Below are positions 39,301-60,000 of a stretch of DNA of 60,000 nt, one piece after another. Every line of letters begins with the position of its first letter. The stretch's first letter is position 1. The stretch spans positions 9,488,001-9,548,000 of the forward strand of contig NC_086109.1 in NCBI RefSeq assembly GCF_963921235.1. Reading direction: 5' to 3'. The DNA comes from Mobula hypostoma (Eukaryota). The notes beneath the pieces are model-generated. The model was not told the origin of the DNA. It saw only the letters and a program-made list of their open reading frames with translations, and made no database searches. The position numbers and the translations under genes are program-made.

Positions 39301-39354
39301 TCTGTATGGATAGTTTGCAGAACTAAGTTATTCACTGCATCTTATCACATTTGA
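36967..39354 (+). CDS. Gag (coiled coil, SCAN-like capsid, CCHC knuckle) + aspartic protease + integrase N-terminal remnant, 795 aa
   Basis: LVPEAYRQRFR, EQFK, CYNCGKAGHFASRC, RDTGACQS, LLGNDI, AHEVPPGGH motifs. Confidence 0.85.
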   Translation: MEAEEFIKAPTLEALEDARKSELIAVAKRLNLAKGKSTMRREEIHRAIVEHYVSKGVFLQGELGVVSIEKPAGDAVQLQLEKLRLEHEFRVRQLEHEEKQLERQERELERREKEKEVERQERERQLEREEKERQWEREERGKQREREFELEKLKIRAEQGLVQNQGGGFRATQEVRLVPPFDDTDVDRYFLHFEKVAISQDWPRDKWVVLLQSVLKGKAQEAYSALSVEDAQRYEVVKEAILRIYELVPEAYRQRFRNARKQWDRTYLEFAREMQTYCERWCASKGVEGDYDRLLQLIPIEQFKGCVPEGMRPYLDEKEAATLAATAKLADEYALTHKMKFAPSKGYQKGRQDGGESPPEKSESKPGTSEKDKVDREQSGRKSPGVVCYNCGKAGHFASRCFAPKKETGKGKAEIWNGCIELLSEQLGKDRSEKVQEGRERFISAGLVSVKEGLKPVPVRIWRDTGACQSLILKSVLEVSSETQTGEVKVKGVGEGTESVPLHQIHLQSNLVSGLVTIGVRSELPMKDVEVLLGNDIAGGIVFPVVRLTGQPASIEAPPMDSQVHFGPAIVNLAETFLPTLYETGCSEIRGSEGAGTDVAVARKEFVQTQERDEGLIVLAETALSDTALTRELVDYCAEEEVLRKKGKSSTVSADEEWGVVQKSYGDEVFNMAHEVPPGGHFAVLEETVGGIMKEIYRLPRGRNVIDHDRRELRRSPAFDMLTNLVVVSVEINEARGPLIREKNHSEKIRMGSVRWEKAIVLARSTDKVSPLIPEQSESVWIVCRTKLFTASYHI

Positions 39355-40032
39355 TAATAAAGCAATCTCAACCTGTTGGGACCACGAGGAACAGGACTTC
39401 CTCGTCATTCAACAAAGGTAGAGAAGGTCTAAGGCAATGGAAGTGTGTGTTCAACTTGTTCTTTGCTGCGTAGACTGTACCACCTTAATGGAGATCAACC
39501 TGATGTTTTTACTACCTTATGATTCATTTCCTGGCAAAGATTTACTGGAAAATAAAGAAATAAAGAAATAAAGAAATAAAGAAATAGGCTTTGGAGTCTT
39601 GTGTACCTCAATGACCCAGAGAGCTATTCTGGCTGGAGTCAGGGCTGTTGGTAGGGTCACTCATGCCAAACAGGTCAAAGGGTAGAGGACAGACGAAGAG
39701 AGGTCCCCCGGCCCTCCAGGTTTGGGGCTTCAGCTAAGGGCTATCAACCCTGACTGGCAAACAAAATTGTCACAGAAACAGCAATGAAGAATCCTTCTAC
39801 ATCTGAGTGCAATGGTACTCCTGAGTCTCCACCTGGGACTTGCGATAGTGAAAGCCGAAAGGAAGCTACTGAAGAGATGAAGGAAGCCATGAACACCACC
39901 TGAGATGGAGGATCTTCATTGCTGCCGTAAAGACTGACAACCAATGTGAAAAAGACAAATAGTGCAAAAAATTAGTCAATGTATACAGTGTACACACTAT
40001 ACAAAACACACACACACAAACATATCACATAT

Positions 40033-40282
40033 ACAGTGCCTATAAAAAGTATTCACCCTGATGTTGGAAACTTTCATGTTTTATTGTTTTTCAAAATTGA
40101 ATTGCAGTGAATTTAATTTGGCTTTTTTGACACTGATCAAGAGAAAAAGATTCTTTTGTGAAAACAGATGTGTAAATGCGATCTAAATGTTTTTTTATAA
40201 ATAAATAAATACATAAATAAATAAATAAATTATAAAAATATATATGATCACATGCAATAATAAAGCAATTTTATCTTCTTAT

Positions 40283-40317
<35 letters not shown>

Positions 40318-42517
40318 ATGTGCCTATTAAATATTCACCCCCCCCCGGAAGTTTTATTGTTTTACAATATTGAATCTGTCTGTCTGTCTAGGTACCATAT
40401 CCAATGCAGACTTTGGTGACCATGGTTTTCCATATAGATCTATCCTTCGTTTTTTGGATGACTTCCATTTCCTCGATGTGTAGCCACCTGGCTAGGCTTT
40501 TGATGTACATAAGCCAAGGTCTTCCTCTAGGTTTACTCCCCTCAATCTTTCCAGAGAGTATGAGTTTTTCTAGTTCATCTTCTCACATGATGTGTCCTAG
40601 GAATCTGAGATGGCTTTCTCTTATTGTTGGTACGAGTGATCGAACTGCTTAGGCTCTTCTGAGAACTTCTTCATTTGATGTGTGTGTGGTCCATGATATT
40701 TTTAACACTCTCCTGTAGAACCATAATTCAGTTGCTTCTAGTCTCTTTTCCATTGCTGGAGAAATGGTCCAGCATTCACTTCCATATGTCAGGATAGAAT
40801 AAATATAGCACTGCAGTATTCTGTTTTTAGTGTACGTGATCATCTTTCTTTCTGTTAATATGGTCTTCATTTTTTGGAAAGCTTCTTTCGCCATTGCTAT
40901 TCTGTATTTGATATCTGTGTCACACCTGCCATTACGTTATTAGGCTGCCAAGATCTTTGAATTTGTTGACTTGTTTGATGTTTGTAGTTCCGATATTGAA
41001 TATTGAATCACAGGGATTTAATTTGGATTTTTTTTTGACACTTAGCAACAGAAAAAGACTCTTTTGTGTCAGAGTGAAACCTGATCTACAAAGTGACCTA
41101 AATTAATTACAAATATAAAACACAAAATAATTGATTGCTTAAGTATTCACCCCCTTCAAGTCAGTATTTAGTAAATGCACCTTTGGCAATTACAGCCTTG
41201 AGTCTGTGTGGATAGGTCTCAACCAGCTTTGCACATCTGAACACTGCAATTTTTCCCTATTTTTTACAAAACTGCTCAAGCTCTGTCAGATTGCATGGGG
41301 ATTGTGAGTGAACAGCCCTTTTCAAATCCAGTCACAAATTCTCAATTGGATTGAGGTCTGGATTCCGACTTGGCCACTCCAGGACATTAACTTTGTTGTT
41401 TTTAAGTCATTCCTGTGAGGCTTTGGCTTTATGCTTGAGGTCATTGTCTTGCTGGAAAACAAATCTTCTCCCAAATCGCATTTCTCTTGCAAACTGCATC
41501 AGGATTTCTGTGTATTTTGCTGCATTCATTTTACCTTCTACCTTTAGAAGCATTCCAGGGCCTACTGCAGTGAAGCAGCCACCTCCATGCTTCATGGTAG
41601 GGATAGTGTGTTTTTGATGATGTGTGGTGTTTGGTTTACACCAAACATAGTGTTTAGTGTGATGCCCAAAAAGCTCAATTCTAGTTTCATTGGACCACAG
41701 AACCTTCTTCCAGTTGATTTCAGAGTCTCCCACATACCTTCTGGAAAACTCTAGCTGAGATTTCATGTGAGTTTTTATCAACAGTGGTTCTCTCTTTGCC
41801 ACTCTCCCATAAAGCTGTGACTGGTGAAGCACCCGGGCAACAGTTGTTACATGCACAGTCTCTCCCATCTCAGCCTCTGAAGCTTTTAACTCCTCCAGAG
41901 TTGTCATAGGTCTCTCGGTGGCCTCCCTCACTAGTCCCTTTCTTCCACGGCCACTCAGTCTTTGTGGACTGCCTGCTGTAGTCAGATTTACAGCTGTGCC
42001 ATATTCTTTCAATCACCTGATGAATGACTTAACTGTACTCGAAAGGATATTCGTTGACTTGGAAATTTTCTTGTATCCATCTCCTGACTTGTGCTTTTCA
42101 ATAACCCTTTTGCAGAGTTGCTTGGAGTGTTCTTTTGTCTCCATGGTGTAGTTTTTGCCGGGATACCGACTCACAAGCAGTTGGACCTTCCAGATACAGC
42201 TGTATTTTTACTACAGTCAATTGAAACACCTTGACTGCACACAAATGATCCGCATCTAACTAATTTTGTGACTTCTAAAAGCAGTTGGCTGCACCAATAA
42301 TGATTTAGTGTGTCATATTAAAAGTGGGTGAATACTTATGCAATTAATTATTTTGTGTTTTATAGTTGTAATTAATTTAGAGATCTGTTTTCACTTTGAC
42401 ATGAAAGAGTCTTATTCTATTGATCAGTGTCAAAAAGCCACTGTGATTTAATATTGGAAAACAATAAAACATGAAAACTTCCGGGGGGGGGGGGTGTATA
42501 CTTTTTATAGGCATTGT
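40033..42517 (-). mobile_element. Tc1-like DNA transposon (IR/DR type) with defective transposase at 41407-42012 and a duplicated left end
   Basis: TIR CAGTGCCTATAAAAAGTATTCACCC, inner direct repeats at about 41141 and 42326, WSNETRIELFG and FQQDNDLKH motifs. Confidence 0.88.
40377..40998 (-). mobile_element. RTE (BovB-like) LINE 3' fragment inserted in the Tc1 terminal repeat
   Basis: LTYGSECWT...RRVLKISW motif, (GACA)n tail, TSD AATATTGAATC at 40366-40376 and 40999-41009. Confidence 0.85.
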
Positions 42518-45500
42518 AGACACACATAGATGTAAACATTTCGATTTAGTTGGGACACATCAGGACCAGTACATTTTGGCCCAATTTTGGCCAAAGTCTC
42601 ACGGAAGTGGTAAAAAGACGGAGTAACAAAGCATGTATTTAAATAAAATACAGGACAAAGTAGAATACTACCAAAAATAGCACAATATTATAAAACAGTG
42701 AATTAGTTCCTAATAGTTATCAATTGATGAATTCATGCATTGCACGCTGCTATGTTCTTCTGATTGATTGTAAATGAACAAAATCAATGCAGACGCCCAG
42801 TGCAGATCATGGAATGCCTTCAGACAATGCTTTCCACAATTGCAACCTCCAAATCTTAATTCTCATTATGACATTCAAGATGATTTTCATTCCTAACTTG
42901 TTGAAATAGTGAAATCATTTTATTTTCACTCTTGACTGTTTCTGGCATCTCCAAGTGTGAATGCTTGAAACCTGAGTGAGCAAAACAGTTCTGAATTACA
43001 GCATCTAGAAGATACCAAAGCCTGAAATCTCATACCACCAGGTCCAAGGACATTTTTTATCCCACTTCTTTAACAATGAGATGGACCCTTGATCCCACAA
43101 TCTACCTCATCATGGCATTGCGCCTTATTTTCTACCTACACTGCACCTTATTGCCCACTTTCTCTGTAACTGCTGTACAATAATCGGAATTCTGTTATTG
43201 CCTTTCCCTTGTACTGATGTGATGAAATGATCTATACGGGTGGCATGCAAAACAAGATTTATCAATGCACCCCAGTGGTCATTGTCTATCGTGTCCAATA
43301 ATGACAGGAAACCTGTCTGGGAGAGTTATTAAAGTGGAAAGTTTGTTACACTGGGACAGTTCGACTCTGTTGACAACAGAAGTCTAGGTCCAGTGGTACA
43401 AAAAAGCATTACAAACTGGGGTCTGGCCTGGTTGCGGTGGATGACCATGACGTCTTCCGTGCCTTGCCATGCCCTCCGTTCCCCATGGAGATGCAGCACC
43501 ACCTTCCTGGCTGTTGGATCTCACTGAAGACCTCAGTTCACCACAGCAGACTTCGCATGCTAGGACAAGCATGTCCCTATCTGACCAGGGTATGTGGCCG
43601 TCTGCTACCCCCATCTGGTTTTCCCCACCTGCCAAAGCACTGTATTGGGTATGGCCGTTGCCACATGCAAGCCAATACTAGGAGCCACAGGTGAGAGCTG
43701 AGTATCTGGAAGGTTGGTCATCTGCCCCAAAATGGACACGACAAGCCCCTTCACCAGAGGTGCTATCCATCTCTGGACACCCCATATACCCCTCACGCCT
43801 TTTGTGACAATAATAACTCTTTACAGACATTGTCATCTTCTGAAGTTCATCGTAAATTGTTTTATTGTTGTTGCACTCCAGTGTATGTGACAGTAGTAAA
43901 CCAAATTACCAATTATAATATACTGCAGAAGATGTTCAAAGTTCAAAGTATGCTTATGATCACAGTATGTATACATATACGATCTAGCGATATGTCTCCT
44001 TACAGGTAGCCATAAAACAAAGAAACACAAAAGAATCCATTAAAAAAGCAGACTGTCAAACACCCAATGAGCAGAGAGAAGAGAAACAGATCATGCAAAC
44101 AATCGAAGCAAGCAAACAGTGATCAGAACTGATGTCCACAAAAGAGAGTCTGTCCACAGACGTGAAGCCGCAGACTCTCAGTTCGGTGCGGAGCTGAGTA
44201 AGTATCACGGGGAAGTGAGCTGAACCAGCCCGTCTCTCGCCTCAGGCCCCGACACCCTGACCTTTCAAATCTGTCAATTGAAGAGTGTGAAACATTAACG
44301 AGAAAATAAGGCTACTCGAAGTGCAGCATAAATGCAAAATCTTTCTTATATCGATGCAAAATATACAGAAAGCATGATCAAGACTAATATCACCGGCATA
44401 TGTCATGAAACTGGTTAACTTTGTGGCTGCAGTACAATGCAATCTATGAGAAATACAGAAAAGAGCTGAATTACAGTGAGTGTATATTTGTATATTAAAG
44501 AGAGCTGACTAATTTTACTACTCTGCAATTTACATTGGAAATGAAATTGAACTGAGGAAATTTTTGCAGGCAGTTATTTTTGTTTTGTTGGAGAGTCTTG
44601 GCCCGAAACATCGACTGTACTCTTTTCCGTAAATGCTGCCTGGCCTGCTGAGTTCCTCCAGCATTTTGTGTGGGTTGCTTGGATTTCCAGCATCTGCAGA
44701 TTTTCTCTTGATTTAGTTTTCATTGTTGTCATAGATTGGCAGGGAGAGCAGAGCGAAACGCACGAGATTACTTTTACTAATAGAAGTTATGTTTAATTGC
44801 ACACCTTATCAATGAATAGTCAATAATATGCACTTGTTACTGATTCTCTATTGTTGACTGAGCATTCATAAATACATTTACAAATCTGATAATTATCCAT
44901 TTGATTAAATAATTCCCCAGATCTGAATACCCTTGAAACTATTATAAAAATAGTTTGAAATAATTTGTCCTGTTCCATGCTTCAGCCTGTATTTCCAAAG
45001 ATCTTGGTTAATTTCACTAAGTTTTTGAAGAGACAGATTAGCTTTATATGTTACAAAGACAGTACATGGAAACATTGAAACATACTGTGAAATGTTTGTG
45101 TTAATGACCAACACAGTCCGAATACTTGCTGGGGGAGGTCTGCAAGTTTTGCCGTGCTTCTTGCACCAATACAGCACGCTGACAATTTATTAATTCTAAC
45201 TTGTACATCTTTGGAAAGTGAGAGGAAATCACAGCACCCATTGGAAATTCATGCAGTCAGGGGAAGAAATTAGAAACTCTGAGACGGCAGTGGGAAATTA
45301 ATCCCGATCTTACAGCTGGCACATTAAAAGGTTATGCTAACCACTATGCGAATGTACATATCTCTTAACTTCCCTGCTATGCTAAAGTCTAATTGTTCTA
45401 AAAATATGTTTAATGTGGTAGTCTTTACTGCTTCCCCAGACAATGAATTCCACAGGATTTCAATTCTCTGAGAAAAGCGCATCTTCTCATCTGCATCATA

Positions 45501-46651
45501 AATTGATTCCCCCGATCTCTGCTCAATCAAGTCTCAGTTAACAGTGGAATGAATTTTCCTGTCTCTATCTTGTCCATCTCTATCGAAATTTTATATGTCT
45601 TTTATGAAGGGGGTAAGAGAAATGAATTCACAAGCCCAGAATCAGAATGTACAAAAAAACAGAAGGACAGGGAAATGGTGAGTGAAGTTTATAGATGAGG
45701 AAGGAAAGAGAGCGATCAAATCCTGGGTGAAAAATGCAGTGAAGCTGACTAGAGTTTCCAAGTCTGTAAGAAGCATTGGAGAGACTGGACAGGTTGTGTC
45801 TGTTTTCCCTGGAGTGAAGGAGGCTGAGAGGTGACCTTCTCGAGGTTTATAAAATCACGAGATGTGTACTCAAAGTGAATGGTCACAGTCCTTCTCACGG
45901 TCTAAAAATAAAAGGTATAGGTTTAAGGTGTGTGACGGGAAAGATTTGATGGGGACCTGAGGGGCAATTCATTCCCCACATGGAGTGTGGTGGGTATATG
46001 GAATAAGCTGCCAGAAGTAGAGGTGGAGGTAGAGACGTTTAAAAGATAATTATCAAAGTCCAATAGGACTGGTTTGGAGCCAGAGAGTCTTAGACACTAC
46101 AGCATATAAACAGGCACTTCTGCCCATCTAGACAAAGCCGAACTGCTCGAGTCATCGACCCTCACCTGGGCCATGGTCCTCCACATTCCTCCTCCCATCC
46201 AAGTACTTATCCATACTTCCCTTAAATGTTGCAATCAAACTCGGGTCCACCAGTTCCACTGACAGCTCATTCCACACTCTCACCGCCCTCTGAGTTGTGA
46301 CGGTCCTGCTGTAATTTCTCTTAAACATTCCACCTTTCATCCTTAAACTATTGCCTCTAGTTCTTGTTGTATCCAACCTCAACAAAAAAAGCCTGTTTCC
46401 ATTGACAATATCCATAACCATCAAAATTCTGTACTCATCAATCAAATTCCCTCACATTCTCCTTCGCTGCAGGGAATGAAGTCCATGTCTATGCAACCTT
46501 TCCCTCTACCTCAGGTCCTCAAGTCCCAGCAATATCCTGGTAAATTTTCTCTGTCCTCTTTCGATCTTCCTGATATCTTTCCAGTAGATAGGTGACCAGA
46601 ACTGCACACAATACTCCAAATTTGGCTTTACCCACGTCTTAGACGACTTTG

Positions 46652-49600
46652 ATATATATATATAACCATATAACAATTACAGCACGGAAGCCGGCCATCT
46701 CGGTCCTTCTAGTCCGTGCCGAACACTTACTCTCACCTAGTCCCACCGACCTGCACTCAGCCCATAACTCCATTCCTTTCCTGTCCATATAGCTGTCCAA
46801 TTTAACTTTAAATGACAACATCGAACCTGCCTCAACCACTTCTGCTGGAAGCTCGTTCCACACAGCTTCCACTCTCTGAGTAAAGAAGTTCCCCCTCATG
46901 TTAGCCCTAAACTTTTGCCCTAAACTCTCAACTCATGTCCTCTTGCTTGACTCTCCCCCACTCTCAATGGAAAAGCCTATCCACGTCAACTCTATCTATT
47001 CCCCTCATAATTTTAAATACCACTATCAAGCCCCCCTCAACGTTCTACACTCCAAAGAATAGAGACCCAACTTGTTCAACCTTTCTCTGTAACTTAGGAG
47101 ATGAAACCCAAGTAACATTCTAGTAAATCTTCTCTGTAATGTCTCTATTTTGTTGACATCTTTCCTATAATTCGGTGACCAAAAGTGTACACAGTACTCC
47201 AAATTTGGCCTCACCTATGCCTTGTACAATTTTAATATTACATCCGAACTCCTATATTCAATGCTCTGATTTATAAAGGCCAGTATACCAAAAGCTTTCT
47301 TCACCACCCTATCCACATGAGATTCCACCTTCAGGGAACTATGCACCATTATTCCTAGATCACTCTATTCTACTGCATTCTTCAATGCCCTACCATTTAC
47401 CATGTATGTCCTATTTTGATTAGTCCTACCAAAATGTAGTACCTCACATTTATCAGCATTAAACTCCATCTCCCATCTTTCAGCCTAAATCTCTCTGCAA
47501 GCTTTGAAAACCTACTTCATTATCCCCAACTCCACCGATCTTAGTATCACCTGCATACTTACTAATCTAATTTACCACCCCATCATCTAGATCATTAATG
47601 TATATGACAAGCAACATTGGACCCAGTACAGATCCCTGAGGCACACCACTAGTCCCCGGCCTCCAATCTGACAAACAGTTATCCACCACTACTCTCTGGC
47701 GTCTCCCATCTAGCCACTGCTGAATCCATTTTACTACTTCAATATTAATACCTAACAATTGAACCTTCCTAACTAACCTTCCATGTGGAACCTTGTCAAA
47801 GGCCTTACTGAAGTCTATATAGACAACATCCACCACTTTACCCTTGACACCTTTCCTAGTAACATCTTCAAAAAATTTAATAAGATTTGTCAAATATGAC
47901 CTTCCACGCACAAATCCATGTTGACTCTTCCTGAGCAGACACTGTCTATCCAGACAATTATATATACCATCTCTAAGAATACTTTCCTTCAATTTACCCA
48001 CCACTGACATCAAACTCACAGGCCGATAATTGCTAGGTTTATTCTTAGAACCCTTTTTAAACAATGGAACAACATGAGCAATATGCCAATCTCCAGCACC
48101 ATCCCCGTTTCTAATGACATTTGAAATATTTCCGTCAGAGCCCCTGCTATTTCTACATTAATTTCCCTCAAGGTCCTAGGGAATATCCTGTCAGGACCCA
48201 GAGACTTATCCATTTTTATATTCTTTAAAAGCGCCAGTACTTCCTCTTCTTTAATCATCATTGTTTCCATAACTTCCCTACCTGTTTCCCTTATTTTACA
48301 CAATTCAATATCCTTCTCCTTAGTGAACACCGAAGAAAAGAAATTGTTCAGAATCTCCCCCACTTCTTTAGGTTCCACACATAGCTTAAAAACTCTGATT
48401 CTCTAAGGGACCAATTTTATCCCTCACTATCCTTTTGCTATTAATATAACTGTGGAAACCCTTGGGATTTATTTTCACCTTACTTGCCAAAGCAACCTGA
48501 TATCTTCTTTTAGCTTTTCTAATTTCTTTCTTAAGATTCTTTTTATATTCTTTATATTCCTTGGACACCTCATTTACTCCATGCTACCTATATTTATTGT
48601 AGCTATTTCTCTTTTTCCAAACCAAATTTCCAATATCCCTTGAAAACCATGGCTCTCTCAAACTTTTAACCTTTCCTTTCAACCTAACAGGAACACAAAG
48701 ATTCTGTACCCTCAAAATTTCAGCTTTAAATGACCTCCGTTTCTCTATTACATCCTTCCCATAAAACAAATTGTCCCAATCCACTCCTTCTAAATCCTTT
48801 CGCATCTTCTCAAAGTTAGCCTTTCTCCAATCAAAAATCTCAACCCTGGGTCCAGACCTATCCTTCTCCGTAATTATATTGAAATTAATGGCATTGTGAT
48901 TACTGGACCCAAAGTGCTCCCCAACACATACCTCCATCACCTGACCTATCTCATTCCCTAACAGAAGATCCCACACTGCCCCTTCTCTAGTTGGTACCTC
49001 TATGTATTGCTGCAAAAAACTATCCTGCACACATTTTACAAACTCCAAACCATCCAGCCCTTTTACAGTATGGGCTTCCCAGGCTATGCGTGGAAAATTA
49101 AAATCTCCCACAATTACAACCTTGTGCTCACTACAAATATCTGTGATCTCCTTACAAATTTGCTCCTCCAATTTTCGCTCCACATTTGGTAGTCTGTAAT
49201 ACACCCCCATAAGTGTTACTACATCTTTCCCATTCCACAATTCCACCCGAATAGCCTCCCTAGACGAGCCCTCTAATATATCCTACCAGAGCACCGCTGT
49301 AATATTTTCTCTGACAACCTCCCCCTCTTGTCTCTCCGATTCTATCACACCTGAAGCAATGAAATCCAGGAATATTTAGTTGCCAATCACACCCCTCCTG
49401 TAGCCATGTTTCACTAATAGCTACCACATCACACTTCCAGGTATCAATCCATGCTTTAAGCTCATCCACCTTTCTTATAATGTTCCTAGCATTAAAATAA
49501 ATGCATTTAAGAAATTTTCCACCTCTTACTCTCTGTTTATCACCAACAGTGCAAACAACTTAACTATTTTCTTTTTATTCTTTCTCCCCTACATCTGTTC

Positions 49601-49902
49601 CTACACTCTGGTTCCCCTCCCCCCTTGTATCTAGTTTAAATCCTCTGGAGCCTCTCCAGCAAACCTACCTGCAAGAATATTTGTTCCCCTCCAGTTCAGA
49701 TGTAATCTGTCCCACCATCCCTGGAAAACTGCCCAATTATCTATAAATCCGAAGCCCTCCCTCCTGCAACATGTCTTCAGCCACGTGTTGATCTGTGCTA
49801 TCTTACTATTTCTAAACCTGCCTGCACGTGGCACTGGTAGCATTCCTCAGATTGCTATCCTGGAAGTCCTGTCCTTTAACTTGGCGCCCAACTCCCTAAA
49901 CT
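46652..49902 (-). mobile_element. Long degraded CR1 LINE (ORF1 end, APE, RT, 3' tail) next to or inside an older CR1 fragment (about 46095-46640)
   Basis: Consecutive frameshifted ORFs from 49843 down to 46639. Confidence 0.93.
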
Positions 49903-50279
49903 TGCAGGCTGCCTTGCACAATTCTCGGTGATTTGGTTTGACACAAATGACAGATTTCACTGCACATAAGAAAGCCTGCAGATGCTGGAAATCCAAAGCA
50001 ACACACTTAAAATGCTGGAGGAACTCAGCAGGTCAGGCAGCATCTGTGGAAGTGAATAAACAGTGGATATTTAAATATACTCTGGTCTTTGAACTTCAGT
50101 TGGACTTCACAAAATTATGAGAGACATAGACAGAGTAGCCAGTCAATGATACCATCGTCCATTCTGTGTCAGGTCTCACTGATGTAGAGGAGGCCTCAAT
50201 GGGAAAACCAGATACAATAAATGACACTGGTGGGTTCACAAGTAAAGGGCTACCTCACCTGGAAGGACTGTTTACGTCT

Positions 50280-50520
50280 CAGTCATTTGATAAAACAGTT
50301 TTGAACCTAATTTCAGATTGTGTTATCTATAATAAGAATTATCTTTAATTTCACAGCACTTAACATACTTTGTTATCAACTTCTACATTGAAGGGTGTCT
50401 TTAATAGAATGTATTTTATCAGAGATAAACTGATCACGAGTACCAGAATATTTACTTTTCATATGGAATGATTGTCTCTGTGTCCACGTGACAATGATTC
50501 CTTGAGTATAAGTATTAGGG
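50280..50520 (+). promoter_or_regulatory. Putative proximal promoter of the intact pepsinogen
   Basis: TATAAGTA at 50507, CACGTG E-box at 50485, ACAATG Sox-like site at 50491, several GATAA/TTATC motifs between about 50289 and 50428. Confidence 0.55.
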
Positions 50521-50567
50521 CTCACAAGCCCAATGTCAGATTCTGAAAGGAATCCAATCGATTCAAC

Positions 50568-59173
<8,606 letters not shown>

Positions 59174-59364
59174 CTTGCCCCTGAATATTCCCATTGAAGG
59201 TCCATCCAAGTTCGTATTTGCAGGTTGACTTAAGCCATCTGATTTTTCATCTGACCCGTCAGTATCAAAGACCAGGGAGTGACTTTCAGAATCCTGAAGG
59301 TGAAGACACCCTATTGAATGCTGGGGTTTTACTGAAAGGAAAATGCAAAAAGAGGGAGAACTGA

Positions 59365-59370
59365 AATAAA
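59365..59370 (+). terminator. Candidate polyadenylation signal (second AATAAA at 59647)
   Basis: AATAAA about 190 bp after the stop; a second one at 59647 is followed by a GT-rich tract. Confidence 0.5.
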
Positions 59371-60000
59371 CGCCCAGCCAGGATGGGATTTTAAAGGACC
59401 AATCTACGAATTTTGGATCTGGACTGGATATGCAAATATTGACATCATGTAATTATGCCTCTTCTCAGATTCCTCTCTTTTCCTCTCTTCTTTCCTGATT
59501 TTCCTCTTCAGCTGTGGTTTCCAGTGATTCACTCCAGAACCTTTCTCATGGAGTGAAATCTATTTGATGTAAATGTGAGCTGAACATCACACAGCCTATT
59601 GTTCTACCCTGTGGGATATATCTATAAATAGTTCGTAACAACGTTGAATAAAATTTAATCATGAGATGCATATTACCAGAATTCCAGTACCTTTTTTCAT
59701 TCATTGTGTGTGTGTGTAAAATCTTCTGGAAGTACAAACTCTGTTTAGTGGACAGAACAGAGCAAGTATTAAAAAAGTCACTGGGTGTGTCCAGGCCCCT
59801 CCCACTGCAACACACCTCCTACTCAATCCTGTCGCTGAGACCTCAAAGTATTACGTCCAAGTCCCACTGAATGCTCTCTTTTTATACAGTCCCCAGAGAT
59901 AAGAAACACTGCAGTAAGTGGACCAATACACAGTGCCAGGTGAAGTCACTGAATCAGAACTAATCATCTCCTGTCACCACTCTTCAAGAAGCCCAGCCCT

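Noticed and set aside
59870..59920. Minus-strand TATAAAAA with a nearby GATA motif, or a + strand 24-bp micro-exon-like AG..GT segment
   Set aside because: No associated ORF or exon chain within the window; ambiguous

Overview
Repeat-rich vertebrate genomic DNA. The CR1/L2/Penelope/SINE repertoire and pepsinogen sequences suggest a cartilaginous fish, probably a ray (inference). Two pepsinogen-family aspartic protease genes lie head-to-head about 26.7 kb apart. The first is an intact 9-exon pepsinogen on + (50568-59173, 386 aa, both DTG motifs) with mixed PGA/PGC features, a short C-terminal S1' loop and three extra cysteines. The second is a - strand paralog (start 23838, running toward the window start) that looks pseudogenised: a 2-bp frameshift in exon 3, no detectable exon 5, and a 12-bp propeptide deletion. 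The rest is mostly nested transposons: several CR1 LINEs (one with an open 1010-aa ORF), L2 and RTE fragments, tRNA-SINEs, Tc1/mariner/hAT elements, two solo LTRs, a Gmr1-like Gypsy remnant with an open gag-protease ORF, and fold-back Penelope-like insertions with TSDs that carry minimal hammerhead-ribozyme motifs. Exon boundaries were read by eye from GT/AG sites and reading phase; repeat boundaries are approximate.
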